The notes beneath the pieces are model-generated. The model was not told the DNA's origin, made no database searches, and worked only from the letters and a program-made list of their open reading frames with translations. Shown piece after piece: positions 56,657 to 64,000 of a DNA stretch of 64,000 nucleotides. The position numbers and the translations under genes were made by a program. How positions within the stretch are numbered: position 1 is the first letter of the stretch; each line of letters opens with the position of its first letter. The DNA is from Acidimicrobiia bacterium (GTDB taxonomy: Bacteria; Actinomycetota; Acidimicrobiia; Spongiisociales; ZC4RG35). The DNA lies in the NCBI GenBank assembly GCA_036259475.1, contig DATABS010000094.1, forward strand, positions 11,801 to 75,800, read 5' to 3'.

Positions 56657-57438
56657 AGCTGACCTCCACGGCAGACGGGACGCGCCTGGCCTGGGTGGAG
56701 GGGGGCAGGGGCCCCGCACTGGTGCTCCTCCACTCGCTGGGAACGGCCTCGGCGATGTGGTCGGCCCAGGCCACAGCCCTCGAAGACCGGTACCGGGTAC
56801 TCCGGGTAGATCTTCGCGGTCACGGCGAGTCGGACGCCCCGCCCGGACCCTACGCCATCGAGATGTTGGGGCGCGATCTGCTGGAGGTGGCCCAAGCTGC
56901 CGGGCTCGACCGGTTCCATCTCGGCGGGATCTCGCTCGGCGGACAGATCGCCCAGTGGGTCGCCATCCACCATGCCGAGCACCTGAAATCGGTGATTCTC
57001 TCGAACACCGCCGCCCGCATCGGCAGCGAACAGGGATGGACCGACCGGATCGCCGCCGTGCGCCAGCGCGGCCTCTCCGGGATCTCCGGGATGGTCGTCA
57101 GCGGCTGGTTCAGTGAAGGTTTTACCGACGACGAAGCCCGATCCCGGGCGACAGCGATGTTCGAGCAAACCGACCCCGAGGGCTACATCGGCTGCTGTCA
57201 CGCGCTGGCCACCGCCGATCTACGGGACGCCGTGGAGGAGATCTCCATGCCGACGTTGATCATCGCCGGAGAGGTCGATAGATCGACTCCACTCTCCGAC
57301 GCCGAGTGGCTCCATCAACGCATCCCCGGCAGTCGCCTCGAGGTGTTGGAGGGCCGCGCCCACCTCCCCAATCTCGAGGAGCCGGAGGAATACAGCGGCC
57401 TGCTCACCGATTGGTTGAGTCACGCGTCGTCTCTGTGA
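56653..57438 (+). CDS. pcaD: 3-oxoadipate enol-lactonase (alpha/beta hydrolase)
   Basis: nucleophile elbow GGISLGG; ATGA overlap with pcaB. Confidence 0.8.
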   Translation: MKLTSTADGTRLAWVEGGRGPALVLLHSLGTASAMWSAQATALEDRYRVLRVDLRGHGESDAPPGPYAIEMLGRDLLEVAQAAGLDRFHLGGISLGGQIAQWVAIHHAEHLKSVILSNTAARIGSEQGWTDRIAAVRQRGLSGISGMVVSGWFSEGFTDDEARSRATAMFEQTDPEGYIGCCHALATADLRDAVEEISMPTLIIAGEVDRSTPLSDAEWLHQRIPGSRLEVLEGRAHLPNLEEPEEYSGLLTDWLSHASSL

Positions 57439-57475
57439 GGATCCCTGCACCGAAGCTGTGCGCAGATCCTCACAG
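57433..57475. repeat. hairpin-forming repeat (CTGTGAGGATCCCTGCAC-cgaagct-GTGCGCAGATCCTCACAG) containing the pcaD stop codon; left copy of a pair flanking the DUF559 element
   Basis: 15/18-bp imperfect stem read from sequence; the 18-nt 3' arm recurs at 58232-58249 with 17/18 identity. Confidence 0.5.
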
Positions 57476-57543
57476 AAGTGTTGTGTCCCCCGGGTTTGGC
57501 GGGATGGCCCTCCATGAAGCGGATAGACCTCTAGGTAGGGCGC

Positions 57544-58212
57544 TTGCCCGCCGACCGCTTCCGGCTACTCCTGGACCGCCTCCAAACAGCGATCCTGGAG
57601 ATCACCGTTCCGTACCACCCACGGTCCGGTGCCGAAAGGTGTGATCGTCTACCGAACGAGGCGCGACCTCGTTGGAGCAGACATCAGAGGTATCAGAGCA
57701 ACGAGTGTGGAGCGCACGCTCCTCGATTCTGCCGGACTACTTCCTCGCCTGTGGTGGCCAAGGGGATCGACAGTGCGGTCCGGCGGGGCTTGACGTCTCC
57801 TCGATCTCTGTGGGAGACGATCCAGAACCAGGGTGGCCGCGGGGTCCGCGCCAGCAAGCCGCTGGCGGCCCTGGTGGCAGCGTTGGACGCCTCACGGGCG
57901 ACGGGGAGCCCGGCCGAAACGGAGTTGCTCCATGAGATGAGAAGTCAGAGCCTGCCCGAGCCGGTTCTACAGTTCGAAGTCGTGTTGGAGGACGGGCGCC
58001 GGTACCGGGTCGACTTCGTCTGGCCGCAACTCGGGAAAGGTGTCGAAGTAGACGGTCTGGATGCTCACGCCGGTGCGGAGGCGCTCGAACGAGACCTGCA
58101 ACGTCAGAACGCTGTTATGAACGCCGGGATCCAGTTGCGCCGTTACACCGCTCGGGAAGTGAGACGGGACCCGAAGTCAGTTGTGGCCGAGATCGCCAGG
58201 TTCCTTCTGTGA
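57544..58212 (+). pseudogene. frameshifted DUF559 / REP13E12-like (AbiEi-N plus endonuclease-like C-domain) gene
   Basis: C-terminal YRVDFVWPQLGKGVEVDGLDAHAG...NAGIQLRRYTAREV is the DUF559 core; the expected N-terminal motif TSVERTLLDSAGLLPRLW is encoded in a different frame (about 57700-57770), implying a frameshift. Confidence 0.55.
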
Positions 58213-58249
58213 GCGTCAGCGCACGGAACCGGTGCACAGATCCTCACAG
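58207..58249. repeat. second copy of the hairpin repeat (CTGTGAG...GTGCACAGATCCTCACAG), containing the DUF559 stop codon; possible bidirectional terminator
   Basis: shares CTGTGAG and 17/18 nt of the 3' arm with the 57433-57475 hairpin. Confidence 0.45.
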
Positions 58250-58257
58250 TTGTTTGC

Positions 58258-59382
58258 TCATCCCGGCTCGTAGCCCCACACGTCGGAGGCCACCTCGACG
58301 GTGCGGCCTAGCTTGCGCCACTGGTCGTCGGGTTCGATCGTGTTGCCGTGAGCGGTGGAAGAGAACCCGCATTGGTGGCTGAGGCACAGCTGCTCGAGGG
58401 GCGCATATTGGGCCGCCTCGTCGATGCGCCGCTTCACCTCGTCGGCGTCCTCGACCCGAGCGTGCTTGGAGCTCATCAGACCCAGTACCACCGTTTTTCC
58501 TTCCGGTAGGAAGCGCAGGGGCGCGAAGTCGCCCGACCGCTCGTCGTCGTACTCGAGGAAGAAGCCGTCGACCTCCATCTCGTTGAAAAGGGTCTCGGCG
58601 ACCGGTTCGTAGCCTCCCTGTGACACCCAGGCGCTCTGGAAGTTTCCCCGGCACAGGTGAACGCAGGCCACCATGTCGTCGGGACGGCCTTTGATGGCGT
58701 CGTTGATGAGGCGGCAGTAGAGGCGCGTGAGATCGTCGGGGTCGTCGCCCCGGGCGGCGGTGCGTTCCCGCACTTCGGGGTCACAGAGGTAGGCGAGGTT
58801 GGTGTCGTCCAACTGGACGTACGTGCAACCCCGGGAGGCCAGATCGGCGATCTCCTCCCGATAAGCGGCCGTGAGGTCGTCGAAGAACTGGTCGAGATCG
58901 GGATAGATGTCCTCGCCTATCGCCTTGCGCCCGCCCCGGAAATGGAGCATCGAGGGTGCCGGGATGCATACCTTGGGGGTGCGCGTGACCTGGGAGGCGA
59001 GAAAGTCGAAATCGTCGCCCTGGATGGGATGGGAGTGGCGGATCGGGGCGTCGACCAGCATCGTTGGGGGCTTGAACTCGATCTCGGTGCCGTTGTCGCG
59101 CTTGAACTTCGCCAGGAAGTCTCCCTCGGTCACGGTCACACCGTCGAGCTGTTGGAGAAAGTCGACGTGGAACATGAAGCGTCGGAACTCGCCGTCGGTG
59201 ATGCCCCGAAGCCCGACGTCTTCCTGTCTCTTGACCACCTCTGCGATCGCCTGATCCTCCACGCCGCGCAATTCCTCCGGTTCGATCACACCTGTCTCGT
59301 GTCTCTCCCGGGCGTCGATGACGGAGGGCGGTCGCAGGAAGCTCCCAACATGGTCGGCTCGGAATGGCGGTCGTTCTGTCAC
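58258..59382 (-). CDS. cobalamin-independent methionine synthase (MetE) C-terminal-domain-like methyltransferase
   Basis: about 374 aa single-domain UROD/MetE-like pattern (RADHVGSFLRPP, conserved Zn-site region HLCRGNF). Confidence 0.7.
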   Translation of the reverse strand: MTERPPFRADHVGSFLRPPSVIDARERHETGVIEPEELRGVEDQAIAEVVKRQEDVGLRGITDGEFRRFMFHVDFLQQLDGVTVTEGDFLAKFKRDNGTEIEFKPPTMLVDAPIRHSHPIQGDDFDFLASQVTRTPKVCIPAPSMLHFRGGRKAIGEDIYPDLDQFFDDLTAAYREEIADLASRGCTYVQLDDTNLAYLCDPEVRERTAARGDDPDDLTRLYCRLINDAIKGRPDDMVACVHLCRGNFQSAWVSQGGYEPVAETLFNEMEVDGFFLEYDDERSGDFAPLRFLPEGKTVVLGLMSSKHARVEDADEVKRRIDEAAQYAPLEQLCLSHQCGFSSTAHGNTIEPDDQWRKLGRTVEVASDVWGYEPG

Positions 59383-59417
59383 CTTGTCAGCACCTCGTCT
59401 CGTGTCTCGTTCCCAGC

Positions 59418-60428
59418 CTAGGCCGGTCGCTGCCCGCCGAATCTGCCAAACAACCGGGTTATCGCCGTGATCACGCCCTGCTTGAAGCCGAGGAACAAGA
59501 CGACGATGAGGCCGCCGTAGATGAGGACCCGCAACTGGCCGAACTCGACGAGCACTTCGTCCAGCACCGTGAACACCACCGCTCCCAGCAGAGGGCCGAG
59601 CAACGTTCCGATACCCCCGAATGCCAGCATGACCAGGACCCGAACGTCCACCTCACCGAACGAATAAGTCGAGGGCCCGATGTATCCCTCGGTATGGGCA
59701 TACAGCGCCCCCGCCAGTCCGAGCATCGCCGAACCGATGATCCCGGCGTAGATGCGGTAGCGGGCGACGTCGACGCCCGCCAACTCGGCCGTCGTCTCGT
59801 CGTCGCGCAGGGCCCGGAAGGCCCAGCCGATGTGAGACATCTGGAGCAGCCGGTAGACGATGAGGTAACCGACGACCAGCGCCAGGAGGCCGTAGTACGG
59901 CGGCACCAGCTCTCGCAAGAGGCTTCCCTCCCCTGCCTGGATCACCAGCCCCGTCTCCCCGCCAGTCAGGTCGCGTTGGCCCAGCAGGAGATTGTGGAAC
60001 GCAAGCGAGAAAGCCAGGGTGATGATGCCGGTGAAGATGACACCGAGTGAGCGACTCACTGCGATCCAGCTGATGACACCGCCCACGGCTGCGGCGACTA
60101 CCGCAGCCACCACCATCGCCAGGGGCATCCCCACCCCGGCCCGGTCTGCCAGGATCCCCGATGTGTAGCCGCCGATGCCCGCCAGGGCGCCGACGCAGAG
60201 GAACAGCTGGTTGGTGCTGCCGAAGATCACGTTGAAGGCGATGGCGTAGGCGGCGAACAGGAGACCCCCTACAGCCAGTCCCATCAGAAGCCGCGACTCT
60301 CCAATCGAGAGCGGCACCAGCGCCAACAGCGCGCCGGCGATGCCGATCGGGGCGTATGCCGCCAGGAGAGAGCGCCGAGCTCTCGATCCGGCGGCCGGGA
60401 CGGTCGGCTCCGACTTAGTGGACGTCAC
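59418..60428 (-). CDS. livM: branched-chain amino acid ABC transporter permease (LivM-type)
   Basis: multi-TM permease; overlaps the livH stop. Confidence 0.8.
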   Translation of the reverse strand: MTSTKSEPTVPAAGSRARRSLLAAYAPIGIAGALLALVPLSIGESRLLMGLAVGGLLFAAYAIAFNVIFGSTNQLFLCVGALAGIGGYTSGILADRAGVGMPLAMVVAAVVAAAVGGVISWIAVSRSLGVIFTGIITLAFSLAFHNLLLGQRDLTGGETGLVIQAGEGSLLRELVPPYYGLLALVVGYLIVYRLLQMSHIGWAFRALRDDETTAELAGVDVARYRIYAGIIGSAMLGLAGALYAHTEGYIGPSTYSFGEVDVRVLVMLAFGGIGTLLGPLLGAVVFTVLDEVLVEFGQLRVLIYGGLIVVLFLGFKQGVITAITRLFGRFGGQRPA

Positions 60429-61282
60429 CTTCGCCTGCCCAACAGGCCGGCAGGTCGGAAGAGGATGGTCAACGCCGCCGCCAACAAGAGCATGATCGTC
60501 GTGATGTAGGTCCCGATGTAGAAGGAGCTGATGGTGTTCACGATCCCGAGGAGGATGCCGGCCAAGAACGCCCCCAAGACGCTGCCCAGGCCCCCCACCA
60601 CCGTGACGATGAGGGCGAGGATGGTGAAGTCGATACCGGCGGTGACCTGGACCGGGGAGGTCATCGACCGGGTGATCGCGACCAATCCAGCCAGCACCGC
60701 GCTGAGCCCGAAGATCAGGCGGCGGGCGGCGACCGGATTGACCCCGACCAGTTGTGCCCCTTCTTCGTCCTGGATCACCGATCTGATAGCCCTACCCATC
60801 CGCGACCACCGGAAGAAGACCACCAGCAGGACTCCCACCAGAATCGAAACCACAGACGCCAGCAGGCTGCCCGAGCGCATCCGAACACCGAGGATCGAGA
60901 TCGCCTCGCCCCCGATATTGAGACTGAGGCCGCGGAGAGGGAATCGCCAAACCAGGAAGCCGTCGATCATGAACGCCACTCCGAGCGTCAGCAGCAGGCC
61001 CAAGAGGACCCGTTCTTCCCCCGTCTGACGGTACACGGGACGCATGAGGGTGGAGTCGATCAGGAGTCCCAAGGCTCCCGCCACGGCCAGCCCGGCAGCA
61101 ACGCCCGCGCCGGCGGGGAGACCGGCATCCATCAGGAGAGCGACCACGGTCGCCGCCACCACGGCGAGAGCGCCGTGGGCGAGGTTGAGCACGCCGCCCA
61201 GTCCGTAAACGAGAGTGAGTCCCACGCCGAGTAGGCCGAACTGGAGGCCCAGGACCAGCCCGTCGAGGACGGCCGCCTTCAC
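60425..61282 (-). CDS. livH: branched-chain amino acid ABC transporter permease (LivH-type)
   Basis: multi-TM permease, 285 aa. Confidence 0.8.
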   Translation of the reverse strand: MKAAVLDGLVLGLQFGLLGVGLTLVYGLGGVLNLAHGALAVVAATVVALLMDAGLPAGAGVAAGLAVAGALGLLIDSTLMRPVYRQTGEERVLLGLLLTLGVAFMIDGFLVWRFPLRGLSLNIGGEAISILGVRMRSGSLLASVVSILVGVLLVVFFRWSRMGRAIRSVIQDEEGAQLVGVNPVAARRLIFGLSAVLAGLVAITRSMTSPVQVTAGIDFTILALIVTVVGGLGSVLGAFLAGILLGIVNTISSFYIGTYITTIMLLLAAALTILFRPAGLLGRRR

Positions 61283-61977
61283 GCTACGCCCAGATAAGCC
61301 CGGCGGACGTCGGGGTCGTTGGCGAGCATCTCGGTCGTTCCCGTTTTGTGGATCCGACCGTTCTCGACCACATATCCCCGATCGGCCAGCTTCAGCGCCA
61401 GGGGGACTTGCTGTTCGGCGATGAGAAGGGTCATTCCCCGCCTGCGGAGGACTTCCAATGCGGCATAGGCCTCCTGCGCCAGTTTCGGGGCCAGACCGGT
61501 GCTGGGTTCGTCCAGCATGAGGAGCCGCGGCCGCGACATCAGGGCCCGGCCGACCGCCAGCATCTGCTGTTCACCGCCGCTCATCGTCCCGGCGTGCTGG
61601 TTCTGACGTTCGGCCAGCCGGGGGAACAGGTCCAGGACGAATTTCAACGTGGCCGGATCTGGTGCCCGGGGAAACGCTCCGAGGCCGAGGTTCTCCCCGA
61701 CCGACATCTGGGGAAAGAGGTGGCGCTCCGCCGGCACGTAGGCCAAGCCGGACCGGGAGATCTTGTGGACGGGCATCGCGGTGATCGACTTTCCTTCGAA
61801 TGTCACCGTGCCGGTCGAGACCGGTCCCAGGCCGCAGATCGCCCGGAACAGGGTGGTCTTGCCCGCCCCGTTCGAGCCGATGATGATCACCGCCTCGCCG
61901 GAAGCGACTGAGAAGTCGATCTCATGCACCACGTCTTCGCCGTGATATCCGGCCGAGAGACCGCTCACTTCAAGCAT
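61279..61977 (-). CDS. livF: branched-chain amino acid ABC transporter ATP-binding protein (LivF-type)
   Basis: Walker A GSNGAGKTT, signature MSGGEQQMLAVGRAL. Confidence 0.85.
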   Translation of the reverse strand: MLEVSGLSAGYHGEDVVHEIDFSVASGEAVIIIGSNGAGKTTLFRAICGLGPVSTGTVTFEGKSITAMPVHKISRSGLAYVPAERHLFPQMSVGENLGLGAFPRAPDPATLKFVLDLFPRLAERQNQHAGTMSGGEQQMLAVGRALMSRPRLLMLDEPSTGLAPKLAQEAYAALEVLRRRGMTLLIAEQQVPLALKLADRGYVVENGRIHKTGTTEMLANDPDVRRAYLGVA

Positions 61978-62707
61978 TGGCCCCGGTCCCGAGATATGCG
62001 TCGATCACGTCGGGATGGCGCATCACGTCCCCGGGCTGGCCTTCGGCGAGCATCGTCCCGAAGTTGAGCACGATGACGCGCTCGGCCAGGGTCATGACCG
62101 CCTTCATCACATGCTCTACCCAGATCACGGTGACGCCCAGCCGGTCGCGAACCGTCCGGACGATATCGATCGACGCCCGCAGCTCGGTGTCATTCAGGCC
62201 GGCCATAACTTCGTCGAGAAGCAGCAGTCGCGGGTGACCGGCGAGCGCCCGGGCTAGATCGAGGAAGCGTTGCTGGTGAAGGTTGAGCGTCCGCACCGCG
62301 TTGTGCTCCCTGGCGCCCAGCCCGACGAAGTCCAGCGCTTCCCGTGCCCTCTCGAGCGCTTGTTCCTCGGCGAAAAGGCCACTCGGGCTGCCGAACATCG
62401 CCCCGAGGGCGGCGTTCTCGAGCACCGTCATCGACGCGAACGCCTGCGGAGTCTGCGTCACCATTGCGATCCCCCGCCGACGGATGCGATGAGGCGCCAC
62501 CCCGTCGACACGACCATCAGCGAACCGGATACCGCCCGAGGTCGGCGCCTCCAGACCGCTGACGGCTTTCAAGAGTGTGCTCTTACCGGCGCCGTTGGGG
62601 CCGACGCCGGCGAGAATCTCGCCGTCGTCGACCTCGAACGTCACCCCGTCCAGGGCGGGTAGCCCGCCGAAGTGCTTCTCCAGGTTGTCGATCTCTAAGA
62701 GCGCCAC
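61970..62707 (-). CDS. livG: branched-chain amino acid ABC transporter ATP-binding protein (LivG-type)
   Basis: Walker A GPNGAGKST; GTG start at 62707 preferred over the longer ORF-track start. Confidence 0.8.
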   Translation of the reverse strand: MALLEIDNLEKHFGGLPALDGVTFEVDDGEILAGVGPNGAGKSTLLKAVSGLEAPTSGGIRFADGRVDGVAPHRIRRRGIAMVTQTPQAFASMTVLENAALGAMFGSPSGLFAEEQALERAREALDFVGLGAREHNAVRTLNLHQQRFLDLARALAGHPRLLLLDEVMAGLNDTELRASIDIVRTVRDRLGVTVIWVEHVMKAVMTLAERVIVLNFGTMLAEGQPGDVMRHPDVIDAYLGTGANA

Positions 62708-62717
62708 CCTGGTGGGG

Positions 62718-64000
62718 CTAGGAACCCGGCACGTACGGTTCGAGCGGCTCGGAGACGAACAAGCGCTCGGGATACCAGTCGCCGGCGCTATTCGTTCCTT
62801 CCGGTGCGGGACCTTCACCGACGATGTCGAATGCGATCGTCGCGTTGGACAGCTCGCCCCACTCGGTCCACGCCATCTCGAACATGTATCCCGGAAGGTC
62901 GAAGGACTGCCCGTGGAGGTACTCGGCGATTGCCACCGGGTCGTCTCCCGCCTCGCCGACGGCCTGGGCCACCATGGTCACGATGCCGTAGCCCGCGACG
63001 GCGTCATCGTCCATGAACGGGTTTTCTGACATCTCGACGTAGCGCCGGGCCAGCTCCTGGTAGTCCTCCGACGTGTGATCGGCGCACTTGAAGTCGGCGT
63101 AGCGGGCGACGGCGGCTTCCGCCACGCCGCCGCCCATGATGAGCGAGAAGGGGGTGTAGGCGCCGGTGACCGGGACGTCGAAGCCTAGGTCGGCGGACTG
63201 GATCGTGATGGCGCCGGAGCCGGGCGGATGCCCCGTGGCGACGATCATCTCAGGGGCGATGCCCTCCAGGCTGCGCAGGTACGTCGTGAAGTCCTGCTCT
63301 GGAACCGGAGCCACCTCGATTTGCAGCTCGATCTCGCTGGCCTCGGCGAAGGTGTCCTCCAACGAGGCACTCATGGCCTGGCCCCAGGCGTAGTCGGCGA
63401 TGATGGCGCCGATCGAGGTCATTCCTTGGTCCTGGGCGTACTGCAGGATGGGATCGCCCACCATCGGGGCGGAGGGGAGGCAGGTACGGAATGTGTAGCG
63501 GCTGTCCTGCGTGAGGATCTGCTCCGAACCGGCCTTGATGAGGAAGAGCGGCATCTCGAGTTCCTCGGCGGCCCGGCTGGTGGCAAGGGCCACGTCGCTC
63601 GAAATGATTCCGCCGACCGCCACCACGCCGTCTTGTTCGACCATCCGCTCCAACGCCTCGACCCCGGCTTCGGGATTGGACTGGTCGTCGGCGAGGACGA
63701 GCTCCAGCATCCGGCCGTCAACACCTCCCTGAGCGTTGATCTCGTCCACCGCCAGTTGCATCCCGTCACGGACATGGACGCCCCATGGGGTGAAGGTTTC
63801 GGTGAGCGAGGTGAGGGCCCCGATACGGATCGGCTCACCGTCGGACGGCGCCGGCGTCGTGTCGGTCCCGGCGGTGGTGTCGGGCGTGGTTGCCGCCGTG
63901 TCGTCGGGTGTCGTGGCGGTGGTCTCAGCCGTTGTGTCGTCGGCGCCGCCCGTCGTGGTGTCCGGCGCGGCGTCGTCACCGCAGGCGGCCACCACCAGGG
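62718..64000 (-). CDS. branched-chain amino acid ABC transporter substrate-binding lipoprotein (LivJ/K-like), partial (5' end beyond window)
   Basis: type I periplasmic binding protein pattern; Thr/Asp-rich low-complexity N-terminal linker; ORF continues past 64000. Confidence 0.75.
   Translation of the reverse strand, partial: LVVAACGDDAAPDTTTGGADDTTAETTATTPDDTAATTPDTTAGTDTTPAPSDGEPIRIGALTSLTETFTPWGVHVRDGMQLAVDEINAQGGVDGRMLELVLADDQSNPEAGVEALERMVEQDGVVAVGGIISSDVALATSRAAEELEMPLFLIKAGSEQILTQDSRYTFRTCLPSAPMVGDPILQYAQDQGMTSIGAIIADYAWGQAMSASLEDTFAEASEIELQIEVAPVPEQDFTTYLRSLEGIAPEMIVATGHPPGSGAITIQSADLGFDVPVTGAYTPFSLIMGGGVAEAAVARYADFKCADHTSEDYQELARRYVEMSENPFMDDDAVAGYGIVTMVAQAVGEAGDDPVAIAEYLHGQSFDLPGYMFEMAWTEWGELSNATIAFDIVGEGPAPEGTNSAGDWYPERLFVSEPLEPYVPGS

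Noticed and set aside
57544-58212. DUF559 ORF as an intact functional gene / toxin-antitoxin component
   Set aside because: The conserved N-terminal motif is in a different frame, indicating a frameshift. It is called a pseudogene unless the frameshift proves to be a sequencing error.

Overview
High-GC (about 68%) actinobacterial-type chromosomal segment with tightly packed genes, GTG/TTG starts and frequent 4-nt start/stop overlaps (ATGA, GTGA). Contents in order: (1) a complete Tad/Flp pilus locus (cpaB-tadZ-tadA-tadB-tadC-flp-three tadE/G-like pseudopilins-secreted protein), 119-6873. (2) A small accessory patch with tRNA-Gln(CUG) and tRNA-Glu(CUC), a frameshifted gene remnant and an AT-rich island. 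(3) A Rieske/FAD-reductase fusion coupled to folE, an SDR, an orphan MsiK-like sugar ABC ATPase, an MBL hydrolase, a PIG-L deacetylase, cofC and a thioesterase, then serA. (4) A minus-strand operon at 16910-22513 preceded by a cobalamin riboswitch. It encodes a secreted SLH-anchored alpha/alpha-toroid (prenyltransferase/terpene-cyclase-like QW repeat) protein, a DUF4430 (transcobalamin beta-domain-like) lipoprotein and a full group-II ECF transporter (T, A1A2 fusion, S). I read this as a split transcobalamin/intrinsic-factor-like corrinoid capture and uptake system, and it is the most interesting element of the window. (5) pgpA, an S9 peptidase, ilvE, a hotdog thioesterase and a GcvT-family plus FAD-oxidoreductase pair next to fhs (a THF C1-handling/demethylase-like module). 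These are followed by a FAH-family gene, gltX, and tRNA-Glu(UUC) followed by 2.5 tandem degenerate tRNA-derived copies abutting a start-less STAS gene. (6) A TetR, a DUF4389 protein, a dsbB-tlpA pair, rpiB, murA, a spoIID-like gene, nifU-like, meaB, ppdK and a CBS protein. (7) A TetR-headed hybrid operon boxC-boxB-pobA-pcaC-pcaH-pcaG-pcaI-pcaJ-pcaB-pcaD (beta-ketoadipate/protocatechuate branch plus benzoyl-CoA epoxidase parts, no boxA). (8) A frameshifted DUF559/REP13E12-like element flanked by near-identical hairpin repeats. (9) A MetE-C-terminal-like methyltransferase and a liv-type branched-chain amino acid ABC transporter running off the window end. No CRISPR array, integrase or obvious defence system was seen.
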